Source: Phycisphaerales bacterium
GTDB lineage: Bacteria > Planctomycetota > Phycisphaerae > Phycisphaerales > UBA1924
Direction: 5' to 3'
DNA: 64,000 nt
NCBI GenBank assembly: GCA_017640485.1
Contig: JAEPQP010000002.1
Location: 2,036 to 66,035 of the forward strand
Of the stretch, positions 19,350 to 28,336 are shown piece by piece. Under the pieces are notes generated by a model, which was not told where the DNA came from, did no database searches, and was given only the letters and a program-made list of their open reading frames with translations. A program made the position numbers and the translations under genes. Each line of letters begins with the position of its first letter. Positions within the stretch are counted from its first letter, which is position 1.

Positions 19350-20064
19350 ATATGTTTACCTCATAACTTGCTACGCAATGTTCATATCATACAGCAAGAC
19401 GGAAACATCGAAACACAAAACTCGACACTGCACAACAGTGTGAACAACTCCAACCGGTCCACGCTGCACAATTTCCGATCGCACAGCGAATCGCCAAAAC
19501 CAAGATGAAATGAATTACACCCGACTTTTCTAGGTATTTTCACCTCAAACACCAGGGGTTCTACGGATATACGACCGCCGATTTCCCCCAGAAATGAGCA
19601 CGAAGATTCCAGTCGTGCGCAAAAATGCGCCAGTCCATCGCAATCAAGCCCAAGTTAGTTATTCATTCAATGAGCAAATTCTGATCAGCAATAAAATTAT
19701 TTTTTATCACCTTTCCACACCCAAAAACACCCCCAATCAAGCGCGCCAGCCCCGCTTGGATCCAAAACTGACAACAAACCACGCCCCGGATGAGCCCCGC
19801 ACGATCCATCCCACGCACGCGCCGCGAGCCCGCAAGCATGGCAGTGGATGCCAAAAAAAATACAAACAAACCAACTGAATGAGCGACCAGACCATCCATG
19901 GTTTCTCGCCCGCCCGTCCCACACACCCCATCAACCCATCTACTATACCGCTCGCGCGATCGAACCAAACCACGCTCGCGTGCGGATACAACACACCCGC
20001 GATCGTTGCGGGAACATCGCATTCACTCACCCTCGAAGGGCACACCACCCAACAGGAGAGTCCT

Positions 20065-21441
20065 ATGGCAGCTCGCACCGGAGCAAGCGTCGGCGTCGCC
20101 GTCACCATCACAGTCCTTGGCGCATTCGCACTCGGATTCTTCGTCACCACCATGGTCTTCTACGGCCAAGCTCAACGCGCCCAAGGTGATCTCGCGACCG
20201 CCAACGACAGCTACAAGCAGTTCGTCTCCCCAGACCAACGCGAGCACGCCATCATCCGCGCCATCCTCGAAGAAGCCCGCGCCGACGGCAACAAAACCGT
20301 CGTCGAGTACCTCGCCGGGAACCGCTCCGAGCTCGTCGCCTCCATCACCGGAGACTCATCCACCCAGATGACCCAACTCCGCGATCAACTCAACCAACTC
20401 CCAGACATCGCCGAAGGATCCCTCCTCGACCTCGTCGAGAAGAAGAACAGCGAGATCGAATCGCTCACCGAGCGTCTCCAAGAAGCCGAAGACCAACGCC
20501 GCGCCGCACAGCAAGCCGCGGAATACGAAGCCAACCGCGTCGCCTCGATCGAGTCGGAGTTCAACTCCACCGCCGAAGTGATGCAAGCCAATGTCTCGGA
20601 CTACTCCGACCGCGTCGTAGGACTCGAAGGCACACTCAACCGCATCGAAGGCCGCTACACCAGCCGCATCGAAGAAACCGAGTCCGACACCGCGACCGCA
20701 CTCAACGACATGCAAGCCCGTCTCGACGACTCCATCCGCGACAACCGCATCCTCCGCGATCAACTCGCACGACTCCGAGGCGAAGGCAAGTCCGACCGCC
20801 TCAAACCAGTCAACGAAGCCGAACTCGTCGACGGCCGAATCGACCAAGTCATCTCCGCAGACGACGAAGTCCTTCTCTCCATCGGACGCAACCAAAAAGC
20901 CGTCCTCGGCATGACCTTTGCCGTCTACGACAACGCCACCGAGATCCGCATCGACAGCCTCGGAAACTACCCAGCAGGCAAAGCCGTCATCGAGATCATC
21001 GAAGTCGAAGACGACTTCTCTCGTGCACGCATCATCTCCTCCTCAGAAGGCAACCCGATCCTCCGCAACAATGTGATCGCCAACGCCGTCTACGACCCAT
21101 CCAAAACCTACAAGTTCGTCGTTGATGGCCTCTTTGATATCAACGGCGACGGCATCGCGTCCGGTTTCGAAACCGATGAACTCGAAGCACTCATCCAGCA
21201 GTGGGGAGGCACCATCGAAGACGAGGTCGTTGGTGACATCGACTTCGTCGTCCTCGGCGAAAAACCAGTCCTCCCACCACCTCCAGGACCAGGCGCACCG
21301 ATCGCGACCATGCAGGAATATGTCCGTCTCCAACGCGAAATCCAGCGCTACGACGACCTCATGCTCCGCGCCGAAGACGCCTCGATCCCGCTCCTGAACG
21401 CCAACCGCCTCCAAACACTCATCGGCGACTTCCCGAACTGA
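20065..21441 (+). CDS. membrane-anchored coiled-coil protein with BRCT-like C-terminal domain
   Basis: ATG 20065 is preceded by AGGAGAG. There is an N-terminal TM helix (VGVAVTITVLGAFALGFFVTTMVF) and a long Q/E/R/L-rich segment. The C-terminus FVVDGLF...ELEALIQQWGGTIEDEVVGDIDFVVLGE resembles BRCT (inference). Confidence 0.55.
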   Translation: MAARTGASVGVAVTITVLGAFALGFFVTTMVFYGQAQRAQGDLATANDSYKQFVSPDQREHAIIRAILEEARADGNKTVVEYLAGNRSELVASITGDSSTQMTQLRDQLNQLPDIAEGSLLDLVEKKNSEIESLTERLQEAEDQRRAAQQAAEYEANRVASIESEFNSTAEVMQANVSDYSDRVVGLEGTLNRIEGRYTSRIEETESDTATALNDMQARLDDSIRDNRILRDQLARLRGEGKSDRLKPVNEAELVDGRIDQVISADDEVLLSIGRNQKAVLGMTFAVYDNATEIRIDSLGNYPAGKAVIEIIEVEDDFSRARIISSSEGNPILRNNVIANAVYDPSKTYKFVVDGLFDINGDGIASGFETDELEALIQQWGGTIEDEVVGDIDFVVLGEKPVLPPPPGPGAPIATMQEYVRLQREIQRYDDLMLRAEDASIPLLNANRLQTLIGDFPN

Positions 21442-21510
21442 TCCAACAAACGCGATCCAGTTCAGGTGCGTTCTTGCGTTCATCACAATCGAGTAAAGCG
21501 CTGGTGACCC

Positions 21511-22611
21511 ATGGCCCGTGACCCAAGAGGGACCCTCTCGCCCCTCCAACAACATGTCACCCAGCCCCTCACCTACGCCGCAATGCGCACGGCGCTATTG
21601 CCCGCACACCTCTTCCCACTCCCCGCCGTCCTCCGCGCCGCAAGCACACTCGGAAACAAGTTCGGGAACGCACGCTTCAACAAGAAACGCGTCGATCAAG
21701 CCATCGCGCGCCTCGAAATCGCGTTCCCCGAGATGACCCTCGAGCAGCGCCAGGACCTCGTCTCCAAAGCGTACGAACACCTCGCGATGCTCGCCGTCGA
21801 ACTCGCTGTCACCCCAAGACTCCTGAGCGAAGACGCCTGGACCGACTATGTCCAGCTCGGAAACCTCCAGTCCGTCATGCGACCCCTCCTCGACGGCCGA
21901 CCCTCCCTCCTCCTCACCGGACACTGCGGCAACTGGGAAATCATCGGATACACCATGGCGCTGCTCGGCTTCAATATGCACGCCATCTACCGACCCCTCG
22001 ACCTCAGACCCGCCGACGACTGGGTCCGACAAACCAGATCACGCCGAGGACTCGATCTCCTCGACAAGTTCGGAGTCATGCGGGCCATGCCCGAACTCAT
22101 GGCCCGCGGCGAAGCCGTCGCCTTCGTCGCCGACCAGAACGCCGGGGACCGAGGACTCCAAGTCCCATACTTCGGACGCCTCGCATCGAGCTACAAATCC
22201 ATCGGACTCACCGCCCTCCAGTACGACGCCAACATCCTCATCGGACAAGCACGCAGACTCCCAACCACCCCAGGCACCGACCAATCCATGCGCTACCGCA
22301 TCGAGGTCATCGACCAGTTCTCCAGCGACGACTGGAAAGACCAGCCCGACCCTCTTTTCTACATCACCGCCCGCTACCGCCGCTCAATCGAGCAGATGAT
22401 CCGCAATACCCCGGAACAGTACCTCTGGATGCACCGAATCTGGAAGAGCAGGCCGCGCCACGAACGACTCAACAAACCCTTCCCAGAGTCCCTCAAACGC
22501 AAGCTCGCCGATCTCCCCTGGATAACCGACGACGAACTCGCACGACTCATCGACCGCTCCGACCGCGACCGCGCCTACATGGCCGAGCACAACATCACGC
22601 ATTTCAAGTAA
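21511..22611 (+). CDS. lipid A biosynthesis (Kdo)2-lipid IVA acyltransferase family protein (LpxL/HtrB-like)
   Basis: LLLTGHCGNWE (HX4D/E-type acyltransferase box), AFVADQNAG and GLTALQYDANILIG match the layout of late lipid A acyltransferases. The start is uncertain. Confidence 0.8.
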   Translation: MARDPRGTLSPLQQHVTQPLTYAAMRTALLPAHLFPLPAVLRAASTLGNKFGNARFNKKRVDQAIARLEIAFPEMTLEQRQDLVSKAYEHLAMLAVELAVTPRLLSEDAWTDYVQLGNLQSVMRPLLDGRPSLLLTGHCGNWEIIGYTMALLGFNMHAIYRPLDLRPADDWVRQTRSRRGLDLLDKFGVMRAMPELMARGEAVAFVADQNAGDRGLQVPYFGRLASSYKSIGLTALQYDANILIGQARRLPTTPGTDQSMRYRIEVIDQFSSDDWKDQPDPLFYITARYRRSIEQMIRNTPEQYLWMHRIWKSRPRHERLNKPFPESLKRKLADLPWITDDELARLIDRSDRDRAYMAEHNITHFK

Positions 22612-22646
22612 GATTCTGATTCATACGCACAAGCACAGGGACACCA

Positions 22647-23084
22647 ATGGACGACCAACAACAAGACAGCTACGACGAAGGACGCCTCTCCGATGTCCGA
22701 GTCCTCATCGTTGACGATGAACGCGACATCCTCGAATCCTTCGACGCTGCATTCCAATCCGAAGACGCCCTCACCCTCACCGCCGCCGACGGCGACGAAG
22801 CCGTGCGCATCTGCAACGAGGACCCACCCGACATCGTCATTCTCGACATGATGCTCCCCAAACGATCCGGATTCCTCGTCCTTGAACGCATCAAAGGCCT
22901 CGAATCCTCACCCATCGTCATCATGGTCACCGCCAACGAAGGACAACGCCACCAGGCCTACGGCGAATCCCTCGGCGTCGACGCCTACCTCCAGAAACCC
23001 GTCCCCCTCTCACTCCTCCTCGATAAAGCCGTTGAACTCCTCGACGCCCGCGACGATGCCCTCGACACACTCGAAGACGAATAG
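22647..23084 (+). CDS. single-domain response regulator (REC only)
   Basis: VLIVDDERDI, DIVILDMMLPKRSG (phospho-acceptor Asp) and IVIMVTA. There is no output domain. Confidence 0.85.
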   Translation: MDDQQQDSYDEGRLSDVRVLIVDDERDILESFDAAFQSEDALTLTAADGDEAVRICNEDPPDIVILDMMLPKRSGFLVLERIKGLESSPIVIMVTANEGQRHQAYGESLGVDAYLQKPVPLSLLLDKAVELLDARDDALDTLEDE

Positions 23085-23121
23085 AAGAAGACGAAACACT
23101 CCTCCCCTACACTCCCAAGCC

Positions 23122-23457
23122 ATGGCCAAATCCAAAAAACGAATCCTCGTCTTCATCAAGCCCAAAAACATCGATAACCCCATCGAAGGCAATCACCCCC
23201 TCGGCTCACCCAAAGAAGTCTGCAAAGAACTCGCACGATTCAACACCCTCCCCGACGGCGCCACCCTCACCCGCATGGGAACCATGGTCCTCCACGGCCC
23301 CGGATACACCGTCGAATACGCACAAGGCCACGACACCCTCCAGCAAGCCATGGTCGTTGTCTACAACACCGACTTCGCTTGGCCCGTCCTCCAACGAATC
23401 TGCAAAGCCACCGGATGGAAAATGCAAGACACCGACTCCGGCCAAGTCTTCGGCTAA
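23122..23457 (+). CDS. hypothetical protein (111 aa)
   Basis: ATG 23122 within ORF 22882..23457. It has native C-ending codon usage for plus-strand genes on this side. No recognisable motif. Confidence 0.45.
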   Translation: MAKSKKRILVFIKPKNIDNPIEGNHPLGSPKEVCKELARFNTLPDGATLTRMGTMVLHGPGYTVEYAQGHDTLQQAMVVVYNTDFAWPVLQRICKATGWKMQDTDSGQVFG

Positions 23458-23640
23458 CCACCCCAGCCCAACCCCCTCCAAGTACTCAAAATCCCGCCTA
23501 ATTTCCGCAAATCCAGCAGATTACCGGATTTACGCCATCTTCACTCAACCACACCGCTCCGCATCGCCGATAGCAAAAGGTCGCGAACATACGCTCGCGC
23601 AACAACTTACACACTCCCATATGTTCCAAGGGGTACAAAG

Positions 23641-24003
23641 ATGACGACCACCAATCGACGACGCTACGAGCGTGCACCCGCCGAGATCGCCTGCAAATGC
23701 CGTCGAAGCGCCAACACCCTCTACGCCCCCGCCCAGACCATCAACCTCTCCCCAGGCGGAGCCGCCCTCGAACTCACCTCTCCAAGATCTACCCAAGTCG
23801 GCGACCGCCTCGCCCTCGCCTTCAACTCCCCGACCTGCCCCATCCTCAGCGCCAACAAAATGATCAGCGCCACCGTCGTCCGCGTCACCCCGATCAATCA
23901 CGACCGCCAACACATCGCCGTCGAGTTCGACGCCCCTCAGTTCAACCTCACTGAACTAATCTCCCCCCCATCAATCCAATCCCCACAGCGACGCGCCGCC
24001 TGA
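23641..24003 (+). CDS. PilZ domain protein (putative c-di-GMP binding)
   Basis: RRRYER (RxxxR) followed by INLSPGGAAL (D/NxSxxG) matches the PilZ motif pair. Confidence 0.7.
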   Translation: MTTTNRRRYERAPAEIACKCRRSANTLYAPAQTINLSPGGAALELTSPRSTQVGDRLALAFNSPTCPILSANKMISATVVRVTPINHDRQHIAVEFDAPQFNLTELISPPSIQSPQRRAA

Positions 24004-24010
24004 CACACGA

Positions 24011-24580
24011 TCAGAAACTCACCGAAGGCACCTCCCGCACCGTCGCTTCCTCGATCTCGAAGTACTCCGCTTTCTCAAAGTTGAACACCCCCGCGATCAG
24101 CACGCTCGGGAAGGTCTCGACCGCCGTGTTCATATCCCGCACATTCCCGTTGTACAACCGCCGCGTCGATGCGATCCGATTCTCAGTCTCCGCGAGCTCC
24201 TGCTGCAACTCGATGAACTGGGTATCCGCTTTAAGATCCGGGTATTGCTCCACAACCACAGACAACTGCTTCATCGCCCCGATGAGCATCCCCTCATCCT
24301 TTGCCTGTGATTCAGGAGACCCTTCATTCGCAACACACGCATTCCGCGCCGCGATCACACTCTCGAGCGTCTCGCTCTCGTGCGCCGCGTAGCCCTTGAC
24401 CGTGTTGACCAGATTCGGGATCAGGTCATACCGACGCTTGAGCTCCACATCAACTCCAGACCACGAATCCTTGAGGTGCTGACGGATCCGCACCAGCGAG
24501 TTGTACACCCCGACACCCCACAGCAGCACAATCAGCCCGATCGCAACCACCACTCCAAGCGTAATCCAAAGTCCAATCAT
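24011..24580 (-). CDS. LemA family protein
   Basis: N-terminal TM helix, then YNSLVRIRQHLKDSWSGVDVELKRRYDLIPNLV and RRLYNGNVRDMN, which is the classic LemA pattern. Confidence 0.9.
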   Translation of the reverse strand: MIGLWITLGVVVAIGLIVLLWGVGVYNSLVRIRQHLKDSWSGVDVELKRRYDLIPNLVNTVKGYAAHESETLESVIAARNACVANEGSPESQAKDEGMLIGAMKQLSVVVEQYPDLKADTQFIELQQELAETENRIASTRRLYNGNVRDMNTAVETFPSVLIAGVFNFEKAEYFEIEEATVREVPSVSF

Positions 24581-25359
24581 GACAGCTTCCCTTCTTCTAA
24601 ATCCTCAACCAAATAGTCAGGCCAGCGCCCAAGAAACTCCAGCGTCCAACCAAGCGACCCGACAAACCGATCCGCGTCCCAAACAGAATACCCGTCCGAC
24701 AAACAGATCCGTCCGCGCTCAATATCAATCAAGCCGGGCTCCGTTTCCAGCAAGAACTCAATCATCCGCTGATGCACAACATCATACGCGAACTTCCTGC
24801 TGTCACATTTCACATAGTACTTCTTCGAGAACTCCGAGCTCTCAAAGTCAATATCGTTCTTCCCAAACAGCGACGCGATCCGATCAAACACACCCTCCCT
24901 CCGGATCAGTAGGTCAGGCATCTGCGCATACCCCGTGTCATAAATAAAGTAACTGAACCGATGCGTCACGATCCGCGTCCTCGTCCGTGTCCGACCCTTC
25001 GAGTCCGTCGTCGTGTAGGTCTCGCGCGTCTTGTAGGTATAGTCGCCCGCCGTCACCCGCCCGCTCAGCTCCCCGTTCTCGATGATCCCAGAGATCGTGT
25101 TGTACGCCCGCTTCGCGAACCCGCGCTGGAACAGCTCGATGTGATAAAACTCCTCGTCGTGCGACGCGTTGGGTTCAGGACGAAACACCAGCCCATTCCG
25201 CTCCGCGAACGCGACCATCGCCGCGAGCCGAGCCGCCGCCCGCGCCTTCGCCTTCTCCGCTTCCTTGATGATCCAGTAGATCATCCCCACCAGCAGCACA
25301 ACGCCGACCGCCCCCAGCCCGATCGTCCCCAAGATTCCAACCGCCTCAATCATCTCCAT
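24577..25359 (-). CDS. membrane protein, DUF3137-like, translationally coupled to LemA
   Basis: ATGA overlap at 24577..24580 with the lemA start. N-terminal TM helix, FESSEFSKKYYV and FAYDVVHQRMIEFLL resemble DUF3137 proteins that commonly pair with LemA (from memory, not searched). Confidence 0.55.
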   Translation of the reverse strand: MEMIEAVGILGTIGLGAVGVVLLVGMIYWIIKEAEKAKARAAARLAAMVAFAERNGLVFRPEPNASHDEEFYHIELFQRGFAKRAYNTISGIIENGELSGRVTAGDYTYKTRETYTTTDSKGRTRTRTRIVTHRFSYFIYDTGYAQMPDLLIRREGVFDRIASLFGKNDIDFESSEFSKKYYVKCDSRKFAYDVVHQRMIEFLLETEPGLIDIERGRICLSDGYSVWDADRFVGSLGWTLEFLGRWPDYLVEDLEEGKLS

Positions 25360-25431
25360 TCATCATACTTCTTCGTAATCTGCAACACCAGATTTCACCC
25401 TCTTTTCACACGCAAACCCCTACAATACAAC

Positions 25432-26688
25432 ATGCTCTGGCAACCCTCCATCCCCGATTCCTACCACACGCTCTCCGAAGCAGAGCTCACCGCGCGCATC
25501 GAAGACCGCCGCAAACAACTCGCCACCAAACTCCTCATCCTCGGCCACCACTACCAGATGGACTCCGTCGTCCAGCACGCCGACTTCATGGGTGACTCAC
25601 TCAAGCTCGCACAACTCGCCGCGTCCGTCGTCGAAGACCGCGCCGCCGCAGGAACCCCCGTAGAACACATCATCTTCTGCGGCGTCCACTTTATGGCCGA
25701 AACCGCCGACATCCTCACACCCGACTCCGTCCAGGTCATCCTCCCAGACCTCTCCGCAGGATGCTCCATGGCCGACATGGCCGACTACGAACAAACCGTC
25801 GAAGCATGGGAGGTCATCCACGAATCACTCAAAGACCAAGGATGGACTGGACGCATCATCCCCATCACCTATGTCAACTCCACCGCCGCCATCAAAGCTT
25901 TCGTCGGAGATCACGGCGGCGCCTGCTGCACCTCCTCCAATGCCGGACAAGTCTTCGAATGGGCCATGAACGGCGGCACCGAACCCCGCAAACCAGACGA
26001 AGACATCAAAGTCCTCTTCCTCCCCGACCAACACCTCGGACGCAACACCTCCGCCGCCTTCGGCATCGATGTCGTCAACAACACCTGCGTCTACGACCCC
26101 AAGAAAACAGAACGCGGCGAACCCCTCGGCGGAGCGTCCGCCGAGCAGTTATACAACGCCGCAACCATCTTGTGGGCAGGACATTGCAGCGTCCACAAAC
26201 TCTTCGCACCAGAACACTGCGCCCAGATCCGCGAAGACAACAAGAACCTCGAAGCCGGGATCGAACCCATGCAGATCCTCGTCCACCCCGAGTGCTGCAA
26301 AGAAGTCGTCGACCTCGCCGACCTCGCCGGATCCACCGAGTTCATCATCAACACGATCAAGAACGCTCCCCCCGGATCCCGCTGGGCCATCGGCACCGAA
26401 GTCCACCTCGTCAACCGCCTCGCAAACGCCCACAAAGAGCGAGGCGTCGAGGTCACCATGCTCTCCGATTGTCAGTGCCTCTGCACCACCATGTACCGCA
26501 TCAACCAGCCCCATCTCCTCTGGATCCTCGACGGCCTCTGCGCCCTCACCCCCGAAGGCACCCCCAACAAAGACAACAAGCAAATCGTCAACAATGTCGT
26601 GAGCGTCCATCCCGAAGCCCAGAAGCTCGCGATCCTCGCCCTCGATCGCATGCTCTCCCACACCGGCACCGGCGCCGTCAAAGCATAA
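25432..26688 (+). CDS. nadA: quinolinate synthase
   Basis: ILGHHYQ, FCGVHFMAETADIL, CSMADM, VNSTAAIKAF, HCSVH and VHPEC are NadA Fe-S ligand and substrate motifs. Start ATG 25432 within ORF 24961..26688. Confidence 0.9.
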   Translation: MLWQPSIPDSYHTLSEAELTARIEDRRKQLATKLLILGHHYQMDSVVQHADFMGDSLKLAQLAASVVEDRAAAGTPVEHIIFCGVHFMAETADILTPDSVQVILPDLSAGCSMADMADYEQTVEAWEVIHESLKDQGWTGRIIPITYVNSTAAIKAFVGDHGGACCTSSNAGQVFEWAMNGGTEPRKPDEDIKVLFLPDQHLGRNTSAAFGIDVVNNTCVYDPKKTERGEPLGGASAEQLYNAATILWAGHCSVHKLFAPEHCAQIREDNKNLEAGIEPMQILVHPECCKEVVDLADLAGSTEFIINTIKNAPPGSRWAIGTEVHLVNRLANAHKERGVEVTMLSDCQCLCTTMYRINQPHLLWILDGLCALTPEGTPNKDNKQIVNNVVSVHPEAQKLAILALDRMLSHTGTGAVKA

Positions 26689-26787
26689 CCCGCGCCAAAC
26701 CCCTCCCGCAACAACCCCCCGTGTGCGGAAATCTCGCCCCCACCAAAACTTCCCGCACGATTCGAGCGATCCCCATCGAATCGCCGA

Positions 26788-27333
26788 TTGTTCCACGTGG
26801 AACATCCGCGCGACCATTCTGACCAATCCAAAACCCAGGACCTCGCCTCCGAGATCTCGCGAGCCGGATTTTTCATCGCAGGCATTGTCCTCATCGTCGC
26901 CGCCGCGATCCTCCCGCTCCGCGCCGATCTCGAATGGACCACCCACCAGCGCAACCTCGCGCTGGTTCAGGAACAAGAAAACGCCGCACGAAACGCGTCG
27001 TACCAGCAGATGATCGACGCGATCGATCAGCAAAATCCCGACACGCTCCGATTGCTCGCCCAGTCCAACCTCGGCGTGATCCCCGCCGATCACAACGCGC
27101 TGGTCGCGCCAGGCGCGAAGCCCGACCCGATGGTGTTCGAGCTTCTGGAACCGACGCCGTTGGATCGTCCGGAGTTCGCGCCGCGTTACTCTCGGCTTGA
27201 GCGTTTGGTCATGGTCCCCGAAACCAGGTTGTGGGTCATCGCGGGTGGGATGCTGCTGGTGTTGCTGGGATTGCTGCCGCAAGCGAAGCCGTCGCCGCGT
27301 GCCCAGACCCGCCGGGTCGTCCACGCCGGCTAG
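26788..27333 (+). CDS. hypothetical two-TM protein (weakly supported; overlaps parS and the strand-bias switch)
   Basis: TTG or GTG start inside parS. The translation has two hydrophobic helices and a polar middle, so it looks protein-like, but there is no family match. Codon third positions change from C-ending to G-ending midway. Confidence 0.4.
   Translation: MFHVEHPRDHSDQSKTQDLASEISRAGFFIAGIVLIVAAAILPLRADLEWTTHQRNLALVQEQENAARNASYQQMIDAIDQQNPDTLRLLAQSNLGVIPADHNALVAPGAKPDPMVFELLEPTPLDRPEFAPRYSRLERLVMVPETRLWVIAGGMLLVLLGLLPQAKPSPRAQTRRVVHAG
26789..26804. promoter_or_regulatory. parS (ParB-binding centromere-like site), perfect palindrome TGTTCCACGTGGAACA
   Basis: This exact 16-mer differs from the widely used consensus TGTTNCACGTGAAACA only by the symmetric A-to-G change that makes it a perfect palindrome. 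Only one copy was noticed in the window. Confidence 0.7.
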
Positions 27334-27341
27334 AGTGTGCG

Positions 27342-28307
27342 ATGCCATCTGCGCGATCAGTTCAGAACTATCCTGTGATTGTCGGCCCGACCGCCGGGGG
27401 GAAGACGGCGTTGTCGATCGCGCTGTGCCGAGAATACGAACGCCGAGGACTCCCAGCGGGACACGCCGTCGCGGCAGATGCGTACCAAATCTATCGAGGC
27501 ATGGACATCGGGACCGCGAAACCGACGGCCGAGGAACGCACGCAAGCCGAGCATCATCTGATTGATCTGGTTGATCCGAGTGAGCGATTCACAGTCGCGG
27601 ATTGGCTTGAGCATGCCGAGGGGGTGACGGATCGATTGATCGAGGATGGCATCCATCCGGTCGTCGTCGGCGGGACAAACCTCTATATCCAAACCTTTCT
27701 CGACGGCATGTTCCACGCGCCGGAGCCGAGCGATGAAGTCATGGCGCAGGTCGAAGCCATGGAACAAGCTGAGCGCCGCGCGAAGTTGCTGGAGGTTGAT
27801 CCAGAGGCGCACGAGCGGATCGATTCCAATGATCTGCGTCGGACCCGGCGAGCGCTCGCGGTGTATCTCCAGACCGGGACGCCGATCACCGAGCTGCAGC
27901 GCCAGTGGGATCAGGAGGATCATGCGCGCGAGGACGCGATGCTGATCGGATTGCACTGGCCGAGCGAAGAGATCAATCCGAGGATCAACGCGCGCGTCAA
28001 GCACATGATCGAGCTGGGATTGGTCGAAGAAGCTCGTGGCTTGTGGGAGTCGGGGATGCTCGGCGATCAGGCGTCCCAAGCGATTGGGTACAAGCAACTC
28101 ATCGAGCACTTCGAGGGTCGGTGCTCACTCGACGATGCGATCGAGCGGATCAAGATCGACACGCGCCGATTCGCAAAGAACCAACGCACTTGGCTCAAGC
28201 GTTTCCGGGGCAGACGGCACGGTTCGATCTGGATCGACGCACCGGGTCGAGATGCGGATACCATGGCTCATGAGATTGTGGATCGGCTGATGGAACCCAG
28301 CGGCTGA
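27342..28307 (+). CDS. miaA: tRNA dimethylallyltransferase
   Basis: VIVGPTAGGKTALSIAL (P-loop), YRGMDIGTAKP, HHLIDL and VVGGTNLY. ATG 27342. Confidence 0.9.
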   Translation: MPSARSVQNYPVIVGPTAGGKTALSIALCREYERRGLPAGHAVAADAYQIYRGMDIGTAKPTAEERTQAEHHLIDLVDPSERFTVADWLEHAEGVTDRLIEDGIHPVVVGGTNLYIQTFLDGMFHAPEPSDEVMAQVEAMEQAERRAKLLEVDPEAHERIDSNDLRRTRRALAVYLQTGTPITELQRQWDQEDHAREDAMLIGLHWPSEEINPRINARVKHMIELGLVEEARGLWESGMLGDQASQAIGYKQLIEHFEGRCSLDDAIERIKIDTRRFAKNQRTWLKRFRGRRHGSIWIDAPGRDADTMAHEIVDRLMEPSG

Positions 28308-28336
28308 CTGGGCGAGATGAAGGGACGAAAGCTCGA

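Noticed and set aside
19594-19878. 94-aa plus-strand ORF inside the AT-rich intergenic region
   Set aside because: The amino-acid composition is odd, it has no RBS, its codon usage does not match native plus-strand genes, and it has no motif.
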